From: an uncultured delta proteobacterium
GTDB lineage: Bacteria; Myxococcota_A; Polyangia; Polyangiales; Houyiibacteriaceae
NCBI GenBank assembly: GCA_963699755.1
Contig: CAVOVB010000001.1
Location: 768,001 to 832,000, forward strand
Direction: 5' to 3'
DNA length: 64,000 nucleotides
Numbering within the stretch: the stretch's first letter is position 1; each line of letters begins with the position of its first letter. A model generated the notes under the pieces. That model made no database searches, was not told the origin of the DNA, and saw only the letters and a program-made list of their open reading frames with translations. The translations under genes were made by a program, and so were the position numbers. Below, piece after piece: positions 41,118-52,877 of this stretch.

Positions 41118-41562
41118 ATGGTATCGGAAGACAGACGGCGTTGTGGCCGAGCTGGGCGAACACGCCCTGAAGCCGTGGCGCGTGTCCGCGAGCGTGCCGA
41201 GGAGCTCGGAGAGCCGCTTGCGCTCGCAATCATCGTCAAGCAGCCTCGAGCGACCCAGCGAAGAGATCCGAGAAGACATTCGGCAGGCATTCGATGAAAT
41301 ATCGCCGATGCTCGTATGCAACGCGATCGCCATCCTAGGCCCGGGCTTCTTCGCGAGCTTCTTCATCAGCATCATCTCGCAGACCGTGCGCCTCACCCGA
41401 AAGCTAGGAGCCAGTTACCGGATCCACTCTAGCCTCGAATCGGCCGCGTCATGGATGCACGAGCAGCTGGACGACCCGAACATCACGAGCGAAGAAGCTC
41501 TAGAGACCTTGCAGTGGGCGGTCGATCAGACGCCGACGCCACATGCGGGCGACACGGATTGA
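41118..41562 (+). pseudogene. Myxobacterial hypothetical protein, probably frameshifted
   Basis: GRTRPEAVARVRERAEELGEPLALAIIV in one frame joins plausibly to SLERPSEEIREDIRQAF...GPGFFASF in another at ~41238. Start uncertain. Confidence 0.5.
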
Positions 41563-41617
41563 ACGTCAGGTCGTAGAAGTTCTCCGCCGGGCCGAGACGA
41601 GCCATGACAGAAGCACT

Positions 41618-41655
41618 GATCGCTCGATGAATCGCATCTCCTGAGATAGTTACTA
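41618..41655 (-). repeat. Possible highly decayed 16S-trailer copy
   Basis: 41618-41631 vs 43094-43107 is 11/14; 41646-41655 ATAGTTACTA vs 43150-43159 ATAGGTACTA is 9/10; collinear with an internal deletion. Confidence 0.45.
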
Positions 41656-41659
41656 GCGG

Positions 41660-42203
41660 GTGCGTCGAATCGTTCGCGCCGCCGTTCTCGCCGTCGCCGC
41701 AATTTCTTCGACCGCGCTCGCGCAGCCGGAGGCGGTAGACTCGGACGCTGATTCGTCGATCGTGGCGACCGTTGCCGGGCGCTCCAGACGTAGCGACCGC
41801 GCCAGACCTGGCGACCAAACCGGACGCTTCGCCGTGTGCAGATGCCTTCTTTCAGTGGGAGCTCGAGGACGCGAAGGCTCGGAGCAGGCGCGCGCGCAAC
41901 GCATTGATCGGGACAAGTGCCGCCGTCGGCGTAGGAGTTGCGTTCATCGCACTTGGCAATTCCCAGTGCCAAGTCGTCTCCCCGGCTGGTCGAGACGATG
42001 CGCTCCTGTGCAACAACACGGGCGACCTGCTCTGGGGCTTGGGGGTCGGCATGACCGTGACCGGCGGCATTGGCATGATTACCTCGGCCATCATCCTCGG
42101 TGTGGCCAACAAGAGAGTCCGCCAGACCAAACGTGACATCCGGAACCGCTACTACAGCCGGAAGGTCCGCTGGGACGCGCCTTCCGGCGGCTTCACGTTT
42201 TAG
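41660..42203 (+). pseudogene. Exported 2-TM hypothetical protein, frameshifted
   Basis: Signal peptide MRRIVRAAVLAVAAISSTALAQ is in one frame; the TM-containing body ending ...GGFTF* is in another. Shift lies before ~41775. Confidence 0.65.
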
Positions 42204-42229
42204 TAGTCGTCGTGATTCAACGCCCTTGG

Positions 42230-42259
42230 TGAAAGCTGAACTGGAATCGAGCAGAGCTC
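42230..42259 (-). repeat. 16S-trailer copy (processing-stem core)
   Basis: TGAAAGCTGAACTGGAATCGAGCAGAGCTC vs 43104-43133 TGAAAACTGAATCGGAATCGTGCAGAGCTC is 26/30. Confidence 0.85.
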
Positions 42260-42279
42260 GAAAGGCTTGCGACTGCACC

Positions 42280-42783
42280 CTATTCGTCGTCGATGGCCGC
42301 CCTACGTCGGTCTCTCACCGCGCGTAGCTCTTCTTCGAGGATTTTGTCCTTGCCTCTTCCGACGTATGCTTTGACCTCGATCAACGCATCGAGATCGATG
42401 ACGTCGAATAGCCTCTCTGGCAACAAAGGCAGTCGCACCGTGGGTAGATCCGACACCTTAGCGAAGGGCTCGACTTGGGAGAGAACGTCGAGTCGGCCGA
42501 GCTCGGTCTCCACGAGCAGCAAACGGAACGTGGCGAGCGACTCCGCGTTCTCGGCAACGAGGGGAAGATCGGGCCGCGTGAAATGGACCGGCTCAAAGGG
42601 AGCCAACGCGGCGAGGAGCGTCCGGATCTTGTCAGCGTCCAGCTCCATCGCGATGTCGAGATCCTGAGTCGCTGTCGTCGCGCCGTGCGCGATCGCGGCC
42701 ACGCCTCCTACAACGACGAAGCTGAGCCCGGAGTCTGCCAGAACCTGGAGCAGGCGCTCGGTTTGCTGCTGGGGACTCGTCAC
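42280..42783 (-). CDS. Pol-beta-superfamily nucleotidyltransferase (DUF6036/AbiEii-like), putative toxin
   Basis: FVVVGGVAAIAHG...TQDLD, LGRLDVL and K...GRGKD motifs; GTG start overlaps the upstream TGA. Confidence 0.8.
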   Translation of the reverse strand: MTSPQQQTERLLQVLADSGLSFVVVGGVAAIAHGATTATQDLDIAMELDADKIRTLLAALAPFEPVHFTRPDLPLVAENAESLATFRLLLVETELGRLDVLSQVEPFAKVSDLPTVRLPLLPERLFDVIDLDALIEVKAYVGRGKDKILEEELRAVRDRRRAAIDDE

Positions 42784-43016
42784 TGCGGAACCGACTCGCC
42801 CCAGCGACGAATGGCCTCGTCGACTTGGGCCTTTCGCAGTGAGGCGCGCTCGCCCTCGCTTAACGTGCGTGCCTGCATGCGTTGATACATCCGAACACGC
42901 TCGAAGTGGCGCCGCATTCGTTCTTCGACGGAAAGTCGAAGGTTCTCTTCGATCAGCCGGGTATCTACGCCAAAGTCGGCCACCTGATCCCGAACCTGGT
43001 CCGCGCCCCGAGTCAT
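42780..43016 (-). CDS. Small helical protein, putative partner/antitoxin
   Basis: 78 aa containing GVDTRLIEENLRLSVEER; translationally coupled (GTGA) to the nucleotidyltransferase. Confidence 0.7.
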   Translation of the reverse strand: MTRGADQVRDQVADFGVDTRLIEENLRLSVEERMRRHFERVRMYQRMQARTLSEGERASLRKAQVDEAIRRWGESVPQ

Positions 43017-43070
43017 GCTGGTCTGCAGAATAGCACGGGCGCCAGACCTCTAAGGACAGGGAGAGACCCG

Positions 43071-43094
43071 AAAAAGCGGCCATTCCATGGGCCG
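43071..43094 (-). terminator. Intrinsic terminator of the 16S transcript
   Basis: Minus strand CGGCCCATGGAATGGCCG-C-TTTTT: GC hairpin plus U-tract directly after the trailer. Confidence 0.65.
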
Positions 43095-43103
43095 ATCGAA
43101 CGC

Positions 43104-43122
43104 TGAAAACTGAATCGGAATC
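43104..43122 (-). repeat. 3' arm of the 16S processing stem
   Basis: Exact 19-bp reverse complement of 44982-45000; flanking CGATCGGC also pairs. Confidence 0.85.
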
Positions 43123-43198
43123 GTGCAGAGCTCAAACAACGTTCTCTGCATAGGTACTACTCGGATATGACCAGAACTATTTCTCTTTCGAGAAATTG

Positions 43199-44756
<1,558 letters not shown>

Positions 44757-44981
44757 AACTGTTGAGCTGGTTATCCTGTTGTCCCAAGCCAGCCCTGGTG
44801 AGGTCTCCGAATCGCTTGCGCGATTCACCTCACCGCCTCTTTCGAGAAGCTGCCTCAGGAACAGAGCATCACATTTGTTTATTGCGTGTTGCTCTCGGAT
44901 TGCGGTCATTTAGACCGCCTCTTGAATTGACCCTAGTCGCGCGTTTTGTTGCACGACTCGGGACCCGAGTACGTAACTATT

Positions 44982-45012
44982 GATTCCGATTCAGTTTTCA
45001 ATGATCGATCGG
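44982..45012 (-). repeat. 5' leader arm of the 16S processing stem
   Basis: GATTCCGATTCAGTTTTCA...TCGATCGGC is inverted relative to the trailer at 43090-43122. Confidence 0.85.
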
Positions 45013-45047
45013 CGGAATGCCCGCAGACCCCCTGCAAAGGGACGCCG

Positions 45048-45075
45048 AAGTTAGCGCGGAACGGGGGGTGGTCAA
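45048..45075 (-). promoter_or_regulatory. Sigma-70-type rRNA promoter
   Basis: TTGACC-N16-TAACTT followed by GC-rich discriminator CGGCGTCCC, with AT-richer sequence upstream. Confidence 0.7.
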
Positions 45076-45177
45076 GCAGGAATGTCGACTTTCCTGAGAA
45101 CTTGCTAACCAACTGTAATCCTGACGTTTTTAGGGTTCTCATTCGGTGAAATCCGCGATTTCTGCGCCCGACTCTGC

Positions 45178-46584
45178 TCAGAGACGGTTTCGATCTCGAT
45201 CTATCGCGACCAGGAGATGCCCGTCGACGTCGTCGGTGGCGGGGTCGGCGATCCAGGGGCTGAGGCATTCGCGGTCGAGCACGCAGGGGTCGGTGAGCGT
45301 CTCCAAGAATGCCACGAGGTCTTCGACGTCTTGCTCGCTGTGCTCGATCGGAGCTCGGAGTGAGTCGATGCCTCTGCCTGAAACCTCGAGGAAGTCCAGC
45401 ATGTCCTGCGTGTTGCCGTCGAAGTCGGCTGAGGCGGCGTCGGGGACGCTGCCCGGGTCGAAGCGATCGATGGCGGCCTGCGGATCCAAGTGGTGCCGAA
45501 CGACTTCGGCGAGCTCGTCGTATGCGCCGGCGTGTAGGTACGGACCAGTGGCCGAGACGTTCAAGAGCGTGGGCGTCCGGAAGGAGAAGCGATAGTTGCG
45601 GTCGTCGTTCTCTCGCGCGCGCCCGTGGTCGTTCGTCCCCGAGAAGCCGTCGCCCTTCCCCCGGCCGATTTGCGGCGCGCAGATCGAATGGAAGTCCTCG
45701 TCGGTGAAGAAGTCGCCGGAATGACAGCCCGCACAACCTGCGCCGCCTTCTGCGCGGGTTTGAAAGAAGAGAAGCGCACCGCGTTTCGCGGATTCCCCGA
45801 TCGCGTCGAGGTCACCTTGGACGTACGCGCGCCAGGGCGTCTCGGTGAAAACCTGAGAATCCTCATACGCCCCAATCGCTTCGGCGATGCGCTCGTAACT
45901 GAGCTCCGAAGAGCCGAACGCTGCTTCGAATTCCGCGGCCCAGCCACCATCGTCGATCAGTCGTTGTTCGAGCGCCGCACGGAGCTCGATGTTGGTCCCA
46001 CCCGGGACGAAACGAAAGCCGCGCATCTCCTGGGCCGATGTGACCGGGAAGCGCGACTGCGCCTCGGAAAGGCTAGCCCCCGCGTCGGGGTCTGCTGTTC
46101 CAAAGGCGCTGTCTGGAGTCCGGATGCCGCCCTCTTCGAGGTTCTCGACTCGTGAATCCCAGAACAGACCCTGGTCCCAGAGCGCGAGATTGAACGTCGT
46201 CGGGGCATTCCGCGGGACCGTGAGGTCACCGTCGGGATGGGTGCGGCCCGGTCCGAGCATGTCGGGTTCGTCGGCTCCAACGCCGATCGACTGCGGCAGC
46301 CCGTCGCCGCCGCCGAGGGCCGGGTGGTGACAAGAGCCGCAAGCCGTATCGAGGTCGCCACCGAGGCTCTTGCTGAAGAAGAGCTTGCGTCCCAACTGGG
46401 CGAGCGGTTCATCGATGCTTGGAGTCTCGTGGCCCGCGGCTGGATCGCCGCGCAGCCCGTGCTTCTGAATCAAGCCTCGGAGGGCGATATCGGTTTCACT
46501 ACTGAGGTCTCCGTTGGGGCCATCGCAGGCTTGCAGAACGAATATCCAAAGACTCAAAGCAAGCCAAGTTCTAATCATGCACAT
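45178..46584 (-). CDS. Di-heme cytochrome c peroxidase/MauG family lipoprotein
   Basis: Two CxxCH motifs (CGSCH, CAGCH); RNAPT, FWDSR and FRTPTLLNV; lipobox LQAC. Confidence 0.92.
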   Translation of the reverse strand: MCMIRTWLALSLWIFVLQACDGPNGDLSSETDIALRGLIQKHGLRGDPAAGHETPSIDEPLAQLGRKLFFSKSLGGDLDTACGSCHHPALGGGDGLPQSIGVGADEPDMLGPGRTHPDGDLTVPRNAPTTFNLALWDQGLFWDSRVENLEEGGIRTPDSAFGTADPDAGASLSEAQSRFPVTSAQEMRGFRFVPGGTNIELRAALEQRLIDDGGWAAEFEAAFGSSELSYERIAEAIGAYEDSQVFTETPWRAYVQGDLDAIGESAKRGALLFFQTRAEGGAGCAGCHSGDFFTDEDFHSICAPQIGRGKGDGFSGTNDHGRARENDDRNYRFSFRTPTLLNVSATGPYLHAGAYDELAEVVRHHLDPQAAIDRFDPGSVPDAASADFDGNTQDMLDFLEVSGRGIDSLRAPIEHSEQDVEDLVAFLETLTDPCVLDRECLSPWIADPATDDVDGHLLVAIDRDRNRL

Positions 46585-46783
46585 CTGGAGACCCGCAAGA
46601 GAAAGCTCAGGTCAGTCAACATATCACAGGAGGCCTGTCAACTGCCCCCTGACGAAAATGACAGCCCATGCTGGCTGAGCTGTCATCAGTGGCGCTAGAC
46701 TGGTTGCCCGGTGCGAGATCTCCCCAAGCAAGCCCCGGAGCTGCCAGGCGTCGCCCAAGCTCGGGCACGATCGATGCTTTGCA

Positions 46784-47953
46784 GTGTCGCATGGGTGCCA
46801 GAGCCCCTGCGATGAGAACGGTGAGCGTTGCCCGCTCCGCGACTGCCTCTCGTCCAGGCGAAACGAGCGCGTCGTTCACATTCATCACGGGCGGGGCGGC
46901 GCCGAATACGTCGACGTCGAGCTTCGGCCGCTGCTCGACGAGGATGGAGAGATCGAGGGCTTCGTGGAGCTGATTGCGCCGATCCAACACGCGAGCGCGC
47001 GAGCCGGCGGCTCGTTCGTCGGGCGATCGAAGGCGTTCACCGCAATGCTCGAGTTGATCCAGCGCGGGGCTCGAAGCGAAGTGCCGATCTTGTTGTTGGG
47101 TGAGTCGGGGACTGGCAAGGAACTGGCCGCCCAGGCGATCCACGACGCAAGCGCGCGAAGCAGGGGCGCGTTCGTGCCGGTCGAGTGTTCTGGGCTTGGC
47201 GAGGCCTTGTTCGAGTCTGAGCTCTTCGGGCACGCGCGCGGCTCGTTCACTGGCGCGCATGCGCGCAAGCCAGGCCTGGTGGAGGCTGCGACCGGTGGAA
47301 CGCTTTTCCTCGATGAAATTAAGGATGTCCCGCTTTCGTTGCAGGTGAAGCTTCTGCGGGTGCTGGAGTCGGGCATGTTTCGGCCGGTCGGCGATGTCGA
47401 AGCGCGGAGCGCGGACTTTCGGCTGGTCTGCGCGACGCATCGGGATCTCGATTGCATGGTGCGGGAGAGCTCTTTCCGGAGGGACCTGTACTTCCGGATC
47501 AACACCTTTCCGATCGCGATGCCGCCGCTGCGGGAGCGGCGACAAGACATTCCTCTGCTCTGCGACACGCTGCTTGCGAACGGCGCAAAGCGGCTTTCGG
47601 CCAAGGCTCTGACTCTGCTGCAAGAGCACGACTTCCCAGGGAACATCCGCGAGCTTCGGAACATCGTCGAGCGTGCGGTTCTGCTCACGGATGGAAACGA
47701 GATCGAGGCTAGGCACCTGCCCGCGTACCTCCGAGGTGACAGGAATGCGGTGCCGAGCCCGCCAGCGGCGAGCGAAGGCTGGCCCTGGGGCGCCGAGCTA
47801 CTGCCTCTCGAAGAGGTGGAACGCCGATATCTGCGATGGGTGTCCGCCCTGCACCGGGGCGATCGCAAGGCGCTTGCCAAACGGCTGGGCGTGAGTGAAC
47901 GGACCCTCTATCGAAAGCTCCGCCAGGCGATTGACTCCGAGGAGCCTGGCTGA
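46784..47953 (+). CDS. Sigma-54-dependent Fis-family transcriptional activator (N-terminal PAS apparently incomplete)
   Basis: [37 protein letters not shown] and C-terminal [14 protein letters not shown]. Confidence 0.9.
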   Translation: MSHGCQSPCDENGERCPLRDCLSSRRNERVVHIHHGRGGAEYVDVELRPLLDEDGEIEGFVELIAPIQHASARAGGSFVGRSKAFTAMLELIQRGARSEVPILLLGESGTGKELAAQAIHDASARSRGAFVPVECSGLGEALFESELFGHARGSFTGAHARKPGLVEAATGGTLFLDEIKDVPLSLQVKLLRVLESGMFRPVGDVEARSADFRLVCATHRDLDCMVRESSFRRDLYFRINTFPIAMPPLRERRQDIPLLCDTLLANGAKRLSAKALTLLQEHDFPGNIRELRNIVERAVLLTDGNEIEARHLPAYLRGDRNAVPSPPAASEGWPWGAELLPLEEVERRYLRWVSALHRGDRKALAKRLGVSERTLYRKLRQAIDSEEPG

Positions 47954-48048
47954 CGCTGACGGCGGCGGTGACATGCCTGGCTGCCAGATCCGTCAGCTCC
48001 GCCGCGAAAGACATCACGAAATCGTTGGGGAAATGAGTGCATACACTT

Positions 48049-48064
48049 TGGTCCGGCTCTTGCT
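48049..48064 (+). promoter_or_regulatory. Sigma-54 promoter of the DUF1641-sqr-pdo operon
   Basis: TGGTCC-GGCTC-TTGCT (GG-N10-GC), about 27 bp before ATG 48091 and next to an activator gene. Confidence 0.65.
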
Positions 48065-48090
48065 GATAGAGTCGCCGCGGAGGCGAGCGG

Positions 48091-48807
48091 ATGGATCCTA
48101 AGGTGGCCCCGGCGACGGGATCAACAAGTCCAGGCGAACACTGGTCTGAGCTCGAAGCAACGTTACGTCGCATCGAAGCGCGGCTGGAACGGCTCGAGCA
48201 GGCCATTGAACCTCTCACCGAGGTCACCGCCGCCGCCCCCGCATTGACTTCGACGGCGATCGACGTTCTCGATGACTGGGCCAAGCAGCATGGAGACCTC
48301 GATACGCGGTTGCGAACCCTGTCCGAGCTGCTCGAACGAATGACGCGGCCTGAAGCGCTCGCACCGCTGATGATGGTGGTGGAGCTGAGCGAGCAAGCGA
48401 AGCCCGCGGTGGCGACGTTCACGGACATCGTCGACGAGACGATGGCTCGGGCCGCGTCGGAGGGAATGGAGATCGAGCGCCTCGTCGAGTCGTCCAAGAA
48501 CGCGATCCTGAAGCTCGCTCACCTCGCGACCGCGCACGAAGTCCAGGCCTTGCTCGATTCGGGCATGCTCGACCCGGCCGCCCTATCGACACTCGGCATG
48601 ACTGCACGCGCCGTAGCTGACGCGAGCTCAGAGCCGGCGCCGCGCATGGGATTGCTTGGTGCGCTCCGGGCGGCGCGGCAACCTTCGGTACAGCGCGCGC
48701 TCGGCTTCCTGATTCGGGTCGCGGAAAACGTTGGTGAGAACCTGGCGACCGCTCCCGCGCTCCTGCTGAATAGCACCGGAAATTCCAAATCAGAGAGAAC
48801 TCCATGA
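48091..48807 (+). CDS. DUF1641 domain protein
   Basis: C-terminal MGLLGALRAARQPSVQRALGF; overlaps the sqr start (ATGA). Confidence 0.8.
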   Translation: MDPKVAPATGSTSPGEHWSELEATLRRIEARLERLEQAIEPLTEVTAAAPALTSTAIDVLDDWAKQHGDLDTRLRTLSELLERMTRPEALAPLMMVVELSEQAKPAVATFTDIVDETMARAASEGMEIERLVESSKNAILKLAHLATAHEVQALLDSGMLDPAALSTLGMTARAVADASSEPAPRMGLLGALRAARQPSVQRALGFLIRVAENVGENLATAPALLLNSTGNSKSERTP

Positions 48808-49991
48808 GTGAACAACACGACGTGCTCATCGTTGGCGGCGGAACCGCCGGCATCACGGTAGCGGCTCAGCTCCTCCAACAGGAAGCGGCGCCGAAGGTCA
48901 CCATCGTCGATCCGTCGACGACGCACGACTACCAGCCGATCTGGACTTTGGTGGGCGGCGGCGTGTTTCCCCGAGAGGTGTCGCGGCGCGCGATGGCGGA
49001 CGTGATGCCGCGCGGGGTCAACTGGATCCGCGATCGGGTGACCGCATTCCGCCCGGAAAAGAACGAGATCCAGACCGAGGGCGGGAAGACGCTCAGCTAC
49101 AACGAGCTCATCGTCGCGGCTGGGATTCAGCTCAACTGGAACGCTGTGAAAGGCTTGCCCGACGCGATCAACAAGGGCGGGATCTGCAGCAACTACGGCT
49201 ACGACAAGGTGTCGTACACCTGGGAGACCATTCAGGCCTTCCAGGGCGGCAACGCCGTGTTCACGTTCCCGGCGACACCGATCAAGTGCGCGGGCGCACC
49301 GCAGAAGATCATGTACCTCGCCGAGGAGACTTTTCGGCGACGCGGAATTAGGGAGCAGGCCAATGTGATCTACGCTTCGGCCACCGCGGGGATCTTCGGG
49401 ATCCCGAAGTACGCCGAGGCACTCGACAAGATCATCGAAGCCCGGAACATCCAAACGCAGTTCTCGAAGAACCTCGTCGAGGTCCGGCCCGAAACGCGCG
49501 AGGCCGTGTTTCGCGATGTCAATGGCGCCGAAGAGCTGGTCTTGAAGTACGACATGATGCACGTCACCCCTCCCCAGGGCTCACCGAGCTTCATCAAGGA
49601 CAGCCCGCTGGCGAACGCCGAGGGCTGGGTCGATGTCGACAAGCACACGCTCCAACACACGAAGTTTCGGAATGTCTTCTCGCTAGGCGATTGCAGCAGC
49701 TTGCCCTGCTCTAAGACGGGCGCCGCAGTTCGGAAGCAGGCGCCGGCCCTGGTGCAGAACATCGTCGCATTTCGAGCGGAGAAGCCACTCACAGGTCACT
49801 ACGACGGCTATGCCTCCTGTCCGCTCGTCACCGGCTACGGCAAGGTGATCCTGGCGGAATTTGGCTATGATGGGGTGCTCATGGAGACCTTCCCATTCGA
49901 CCAGGCGCAGGAGCGATACAGCATGTACGCGCTCAAGGCGTACGGTCTGCCGAACCTGTACTGGCACGGGATGTTGCAGGGACGGATGTAG
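48804..49991 (+). CDS. sqr: Sulfide:quinone oxidoreductase (type II-like)
   Basis: [27 protein letters not shown] and [12 protein letters not shown] (two catalytic Cys); KVILAEF. Confidence 0.9.
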   Translation: MSEQHDVLIVGGGTAGITVAAQLLQQEAAPKVTIVDPSTTHDYQPIWTLVGGGVFPREVSRRAMADVMPRGVNWIRDRVTAFRPEKNEIQTEGGKTLSYNELIVAAGIQLNWNAVKGLPDAINKGGICSNYGYDKVSYTWETIQAFQGGNAVFTFPATPIKCAGAPQKIMYLAEETFRRRGIREQANVIYASATAGIFGIPKYAEALDKIIEARNIQTQFSKNLVEVRPETREAVFRDVNGAEELVLKYDMMHVTPPQGSPSFIKDSPLANAEGWVDVDKHTLQHTKFRNVFSLGDCSSLPCSKTGAAVRKQAPALVQNIVAFRAEKPLTGHYDGYASCPLVTGYGKVILAEFGYDGVLMETFPFDQAQERYSMYALKAYGLPNLYWHGMLQGRM

Positions 49992-50018
49992 TCCGAACCA
50001 AAAGAAAACGAGGAATAG

Positions 50019-50909
50019 ATGGAAGTCAAAGCCTTCTTTGATGCACCCACGTTCACGCTGACCTTCGTGGTCTGGGACGAAGAAACCAAAGATGCGGTCG
50101 TGATCGACTCGGTCTTGAACTACGACCCGCTCTCGTCGCAGACCAGCACCGAATCGCTCGACGAGCTCTCGGACTACGTCCGGCAAAACGGTCTGAGGGT
50201 TCACTACGCGCTCGAGACGCACGCGCATGCCGATCATCTGTCCGGTGCGCAGCTCCTCAAGAAGCGTTTCGACGCGAAGACCGCGATCGGCGAGCACATC
50301 ACGGCCGTGCAGGAGGTGTTCAAGGGCGTCTTTGACCTCGGCGATGACTTCCCGACGGATGGACGCCAGTTCGACAAGTTGATTTCGCACGGCGAGACAG
50401 TTCAGGCGGGGAGCCTCGAACTGAAAGCGATCGGGACGCCGGGACACACACCGGCATGCCTGACCTTCCAGATCGGTGATGCTCTGTTCACGGGCGATGC
50501 GCTCTTCATGCACGACTACGGCACGGGCCGTTGCGATTTCCCGAAGGGAAGCGCGAGCGACCTCTACGACTCGATTCAGGATCGACTCTACTCCCTGCCT
50601 GATGAGATGCGGGTCTTCCCGGGCCACGACTACATGCCGAACGACCGGGAGCTCGCTTGGGAGACCAGCATCGGTAAGTCCAAGGCCGAAAACCCGCACC
50701 TTCGCCCCGAAACAGCCCTCGAGGAGTTCGTGAGCCTTCGGCAAGCCCGAGACGCGGAGCTCGATGCGCCCCGACTGCTCTTCCAGAGCGTGCAGTTCAA
50801 CATCAACGGCGGCCAGCTTCCTCCGACCCGGGCCAACGGCCTGCGCTACTTCAAGATCCCGGTCAACATGCGCGAACCCACCGACGATATCGGCGATCCC
50901 ACGGGGTAG
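50019..50909 (+). CDS. Persulfide dioxygenase (ETHE1-like MBL fold)
   Basis: [27 protein letters not shown] and GHDY motifs; follows sqr. Confidence 0.9.
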   Translation: MEVKAFFDAPTFTLTFVVWDEETKDAVVIDSVLNYDPLSSQTSTESLDELSDYVRQNGLRVHYALETHAHADHLSGAQLLKKRFDAKTAIGEHITAVQEVFKGVFDLGDDFPTDGRQFDKLISHGETVQAGSLELKAIGTPGHTPACLTFQIGDALFTGDALFMHDYGTGRCDFPKGSASDLYDSIQDRLYSLPDEMRVFPGHDYMPNDRELAWETSIGKSKAENPHLRPETALEEFVSLRQARDAELDAPRLLFQSVQFNINGGQLPPTRANGLRYFKIPVNMREPTDDIGDPTG

Positions 50910-50963
50910 CGGCACCGGTCCCTGCGCTTGTGAGCCCGTCGACTTGATCGTAAGCCTCTTCGC

Positions 50964-51866
50964 ATGGGGCTGATCTACTACGCTATCCCCTTTTTCCTGA
51001 TGACGATCGGTCTCGAGCGCTGGCTAGTGGCTCGAAAGGAGCGGGAGGGCGGTGCGGGAACGAAGCTCGCCGGCTTCGCGCCCAAGGATTCATTCGCGAG
51101 CCTCGCCATGGGCCTCGGCTTCCTGCTCATCGAGATCGCGCTTGCCCTGCTTCCCTTTGCAGGGCTCGCCTGGCTCTACCGGTTCCGGCTCTTCGAGATT
51201 CCGGTCGTCTGGTGGTCTTGGATCCTTCTGCTCTTTGCAGAGGACTTCTGTTACTACTGGTTCCATCGGCTTCACCACGAGGTGCGGACGCTTTGGGCCG
51301 CGCACGTGAATCACCATTCGAGCCGGCACTACAACCTGACGACGGCACTCCGGCAGTCCTGGACGACTCCGTTCACCGGCTTTCTCTTCTGGGCGCCGCT
51401 GCCTCTGCTCGGTTTTCCGATCGAGATGATCCTCGTTCAGAAGTCGATCAGCCTCCTCTATCAGTACTGGCTACACACGGAGCTCATCGATCGCATGGGC
51501 TGGTTCGAGCTCGTGTTCAACACGCCTTCACATCACCGGGTCCATCACGGACGCAATCCGATCTACCTCGACCGCAACCACGCCGGCATCTTCATCATTT
51601 GGGACAAAATGTTTGGGACCTTCGAGCCTGAGACCGAAGCGGTCGACTACGGGCTCACCAAGAACATCCAAACCTATAATCCCGTCCGAATCGCCTTTCA
51701 CGAGTGGGCCTCGATGCTCAGAGACGCCTGGAATGCCAAGAGCTGGCGGGGGCGTCTGGGATATCTCGTCATGCCACCGGGCTGGACCGAAGACGGCGCT
51801 GGAAAAACCTCCACCGTCCTGCGACGAGAGTACCTGCAGGCCACGGTGAGGGACGCTCCGGCCTGA
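50964..51866 (+). CDS. Sterol desaturase/fatty-acid hydroxylase family (alkylglycerol monooxygenase-like)
   Basis: [29 protein letters not shown] and [10 protein letters not shown] motifs. Confidence 0.88.
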   Translation: MGLIYYAIPFFLMTIGLERWLVARKEREGGAGTKLAGFAPKDSFASLAMGLGFLLIEIALALLPFAGLAWLYRFRLFEIPVVWWSWILLLFAEDFCYYWFHRLHHEVRTLWAAHVNHHSSRHYNLTTALRQSWTTPFTGFLFWAPLPLLGFPIEMILVQKSISLLYQYWLHTELIDRMGWFELVFNTPSHHRVHHGRNPIYLDRNHAGIFIIWDKMFGTFEPETEAVDYGLTKNIQTYNPVRIAFHEWASMLRDAWNAKSWRGRLGYLVMPPGWTEDGAGKTSTVLRREYLQATVRDAPA

Positions 51867-51917
51867 GCGGCGGACCGTTTTGCCGACAGACGCTCCGTTT
51901 TCGATAATGCTAGGCAG

Positions 51918-52877
51918 ATGAAGGTCCTCGTCGTCATGGTGAACTTCCGCACGCCGAAGCTGGCGGTTCGCTGTCTGCGGTCGCTGGAACGCGAGGTCGA
52001 AGAGGTCGGCGCGATGCATGTCGTCGTCGCCGACAACGACTCGGGCGACGACTCGCTGCAGGTTATCGGAGAGGCGATCGAGGCCCATGGCTGGGACTGG
52101 TGCACCTTGATGCCAGTGCCCCACAACGGCGGATTCGGCGCGGGCAACAACGCCGGCATGAGGCCTTACCTCGATGCCAAAGACGCACCCGAGTACGTGA
52201 TGCTCGTGAATCCCGATGCGCATGTGCGCCAGGGCGCGATCAGCGCTTTGCTCCGGTTCATGGAAAGCCGGCCGGACGTGGGTATGGCCGGCGCTAGAGT
52301 CGAGGACGAGAACGGCGTGCAGTCGCAATCGGCGTTTCGGTTTCCGAGCGCGTCGAGCGAGCTGGTCGAAGGCTTCAAGCTGGGCCTGCTCACCAAGCTT
52401 CTCGATCACCGACAGCTTCTGGTGGAGCTCGGAGACGAGCCGATGCCGGTGGACTGGGTCACCGGCGCCGCGGTGATGATCCGCAAAAGAGTGCTCGACC
52501 AGATCGGGCTCTTCGACGAGGGCTTTTTCCTTTACTTCGAGGAAGTCGACCTCTGCTACCGTGCTCAGCAAGCCGGCTGGAAGGTGTACTACGTGCCGGA
52601 CAGCGTCGTCGTGCACCTGCAGGCTCAGGCCACGGGCATCACCGACGATCGCGAAGAGAAACGCCGCTTCCCGGCGTACTGGTTTGATTCGCGGCGACGC
52701 TTCTTCGTGAAGAACCTGGGCAAGGCGCACGCCCTGCTCGCGGACCTCGCGTTTCTCGGCGGCTACAGCACGTATCGGGTTCGGCAGGTAGTCCAGCGCA
52801 AGCCCGATCGGGAGCCGCCCCGGTTCTGGGTCGACTTCCTGCGGAACAGCACCCTTGTCAAGGGGTTCGACGTTTAG
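51918..52877 (+). CDS. Glycosyltransferase family 2
   Basis: VNFRT, DNDSGD, NGGFGAGNN, LVNPD and FFLYFEEVD motifs. Confidence 0.92.
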   Translation: MKVLVVMVNFRTPKLAVRCLRSLEREVEEVGAMHVVVADNDSGDDSLQVIGEAIEAHGWDWCTLMPVPHNGGFGAGNNAGMRPYLDAKDAPEYVMLVNPDAHVRQGAISALLRFMESRPDVGMAGARVEDENGVQSQSAFRFPSASSELVEGFKLGLLTKLLDHRQLLVELGDEPMPVDWVTGAAVMIRKRVLDQIGLFDEGFFLYFEEVDLCYRAQQAGWKVYYVPDSVVVHLQAQATGITDDREEKRRFPAYWFDSRRRFFVKNLGKAHALLADLAFLGGYSTYRVRQVVQRKPDREPPRFWVDFLRNSTLVKGFDV

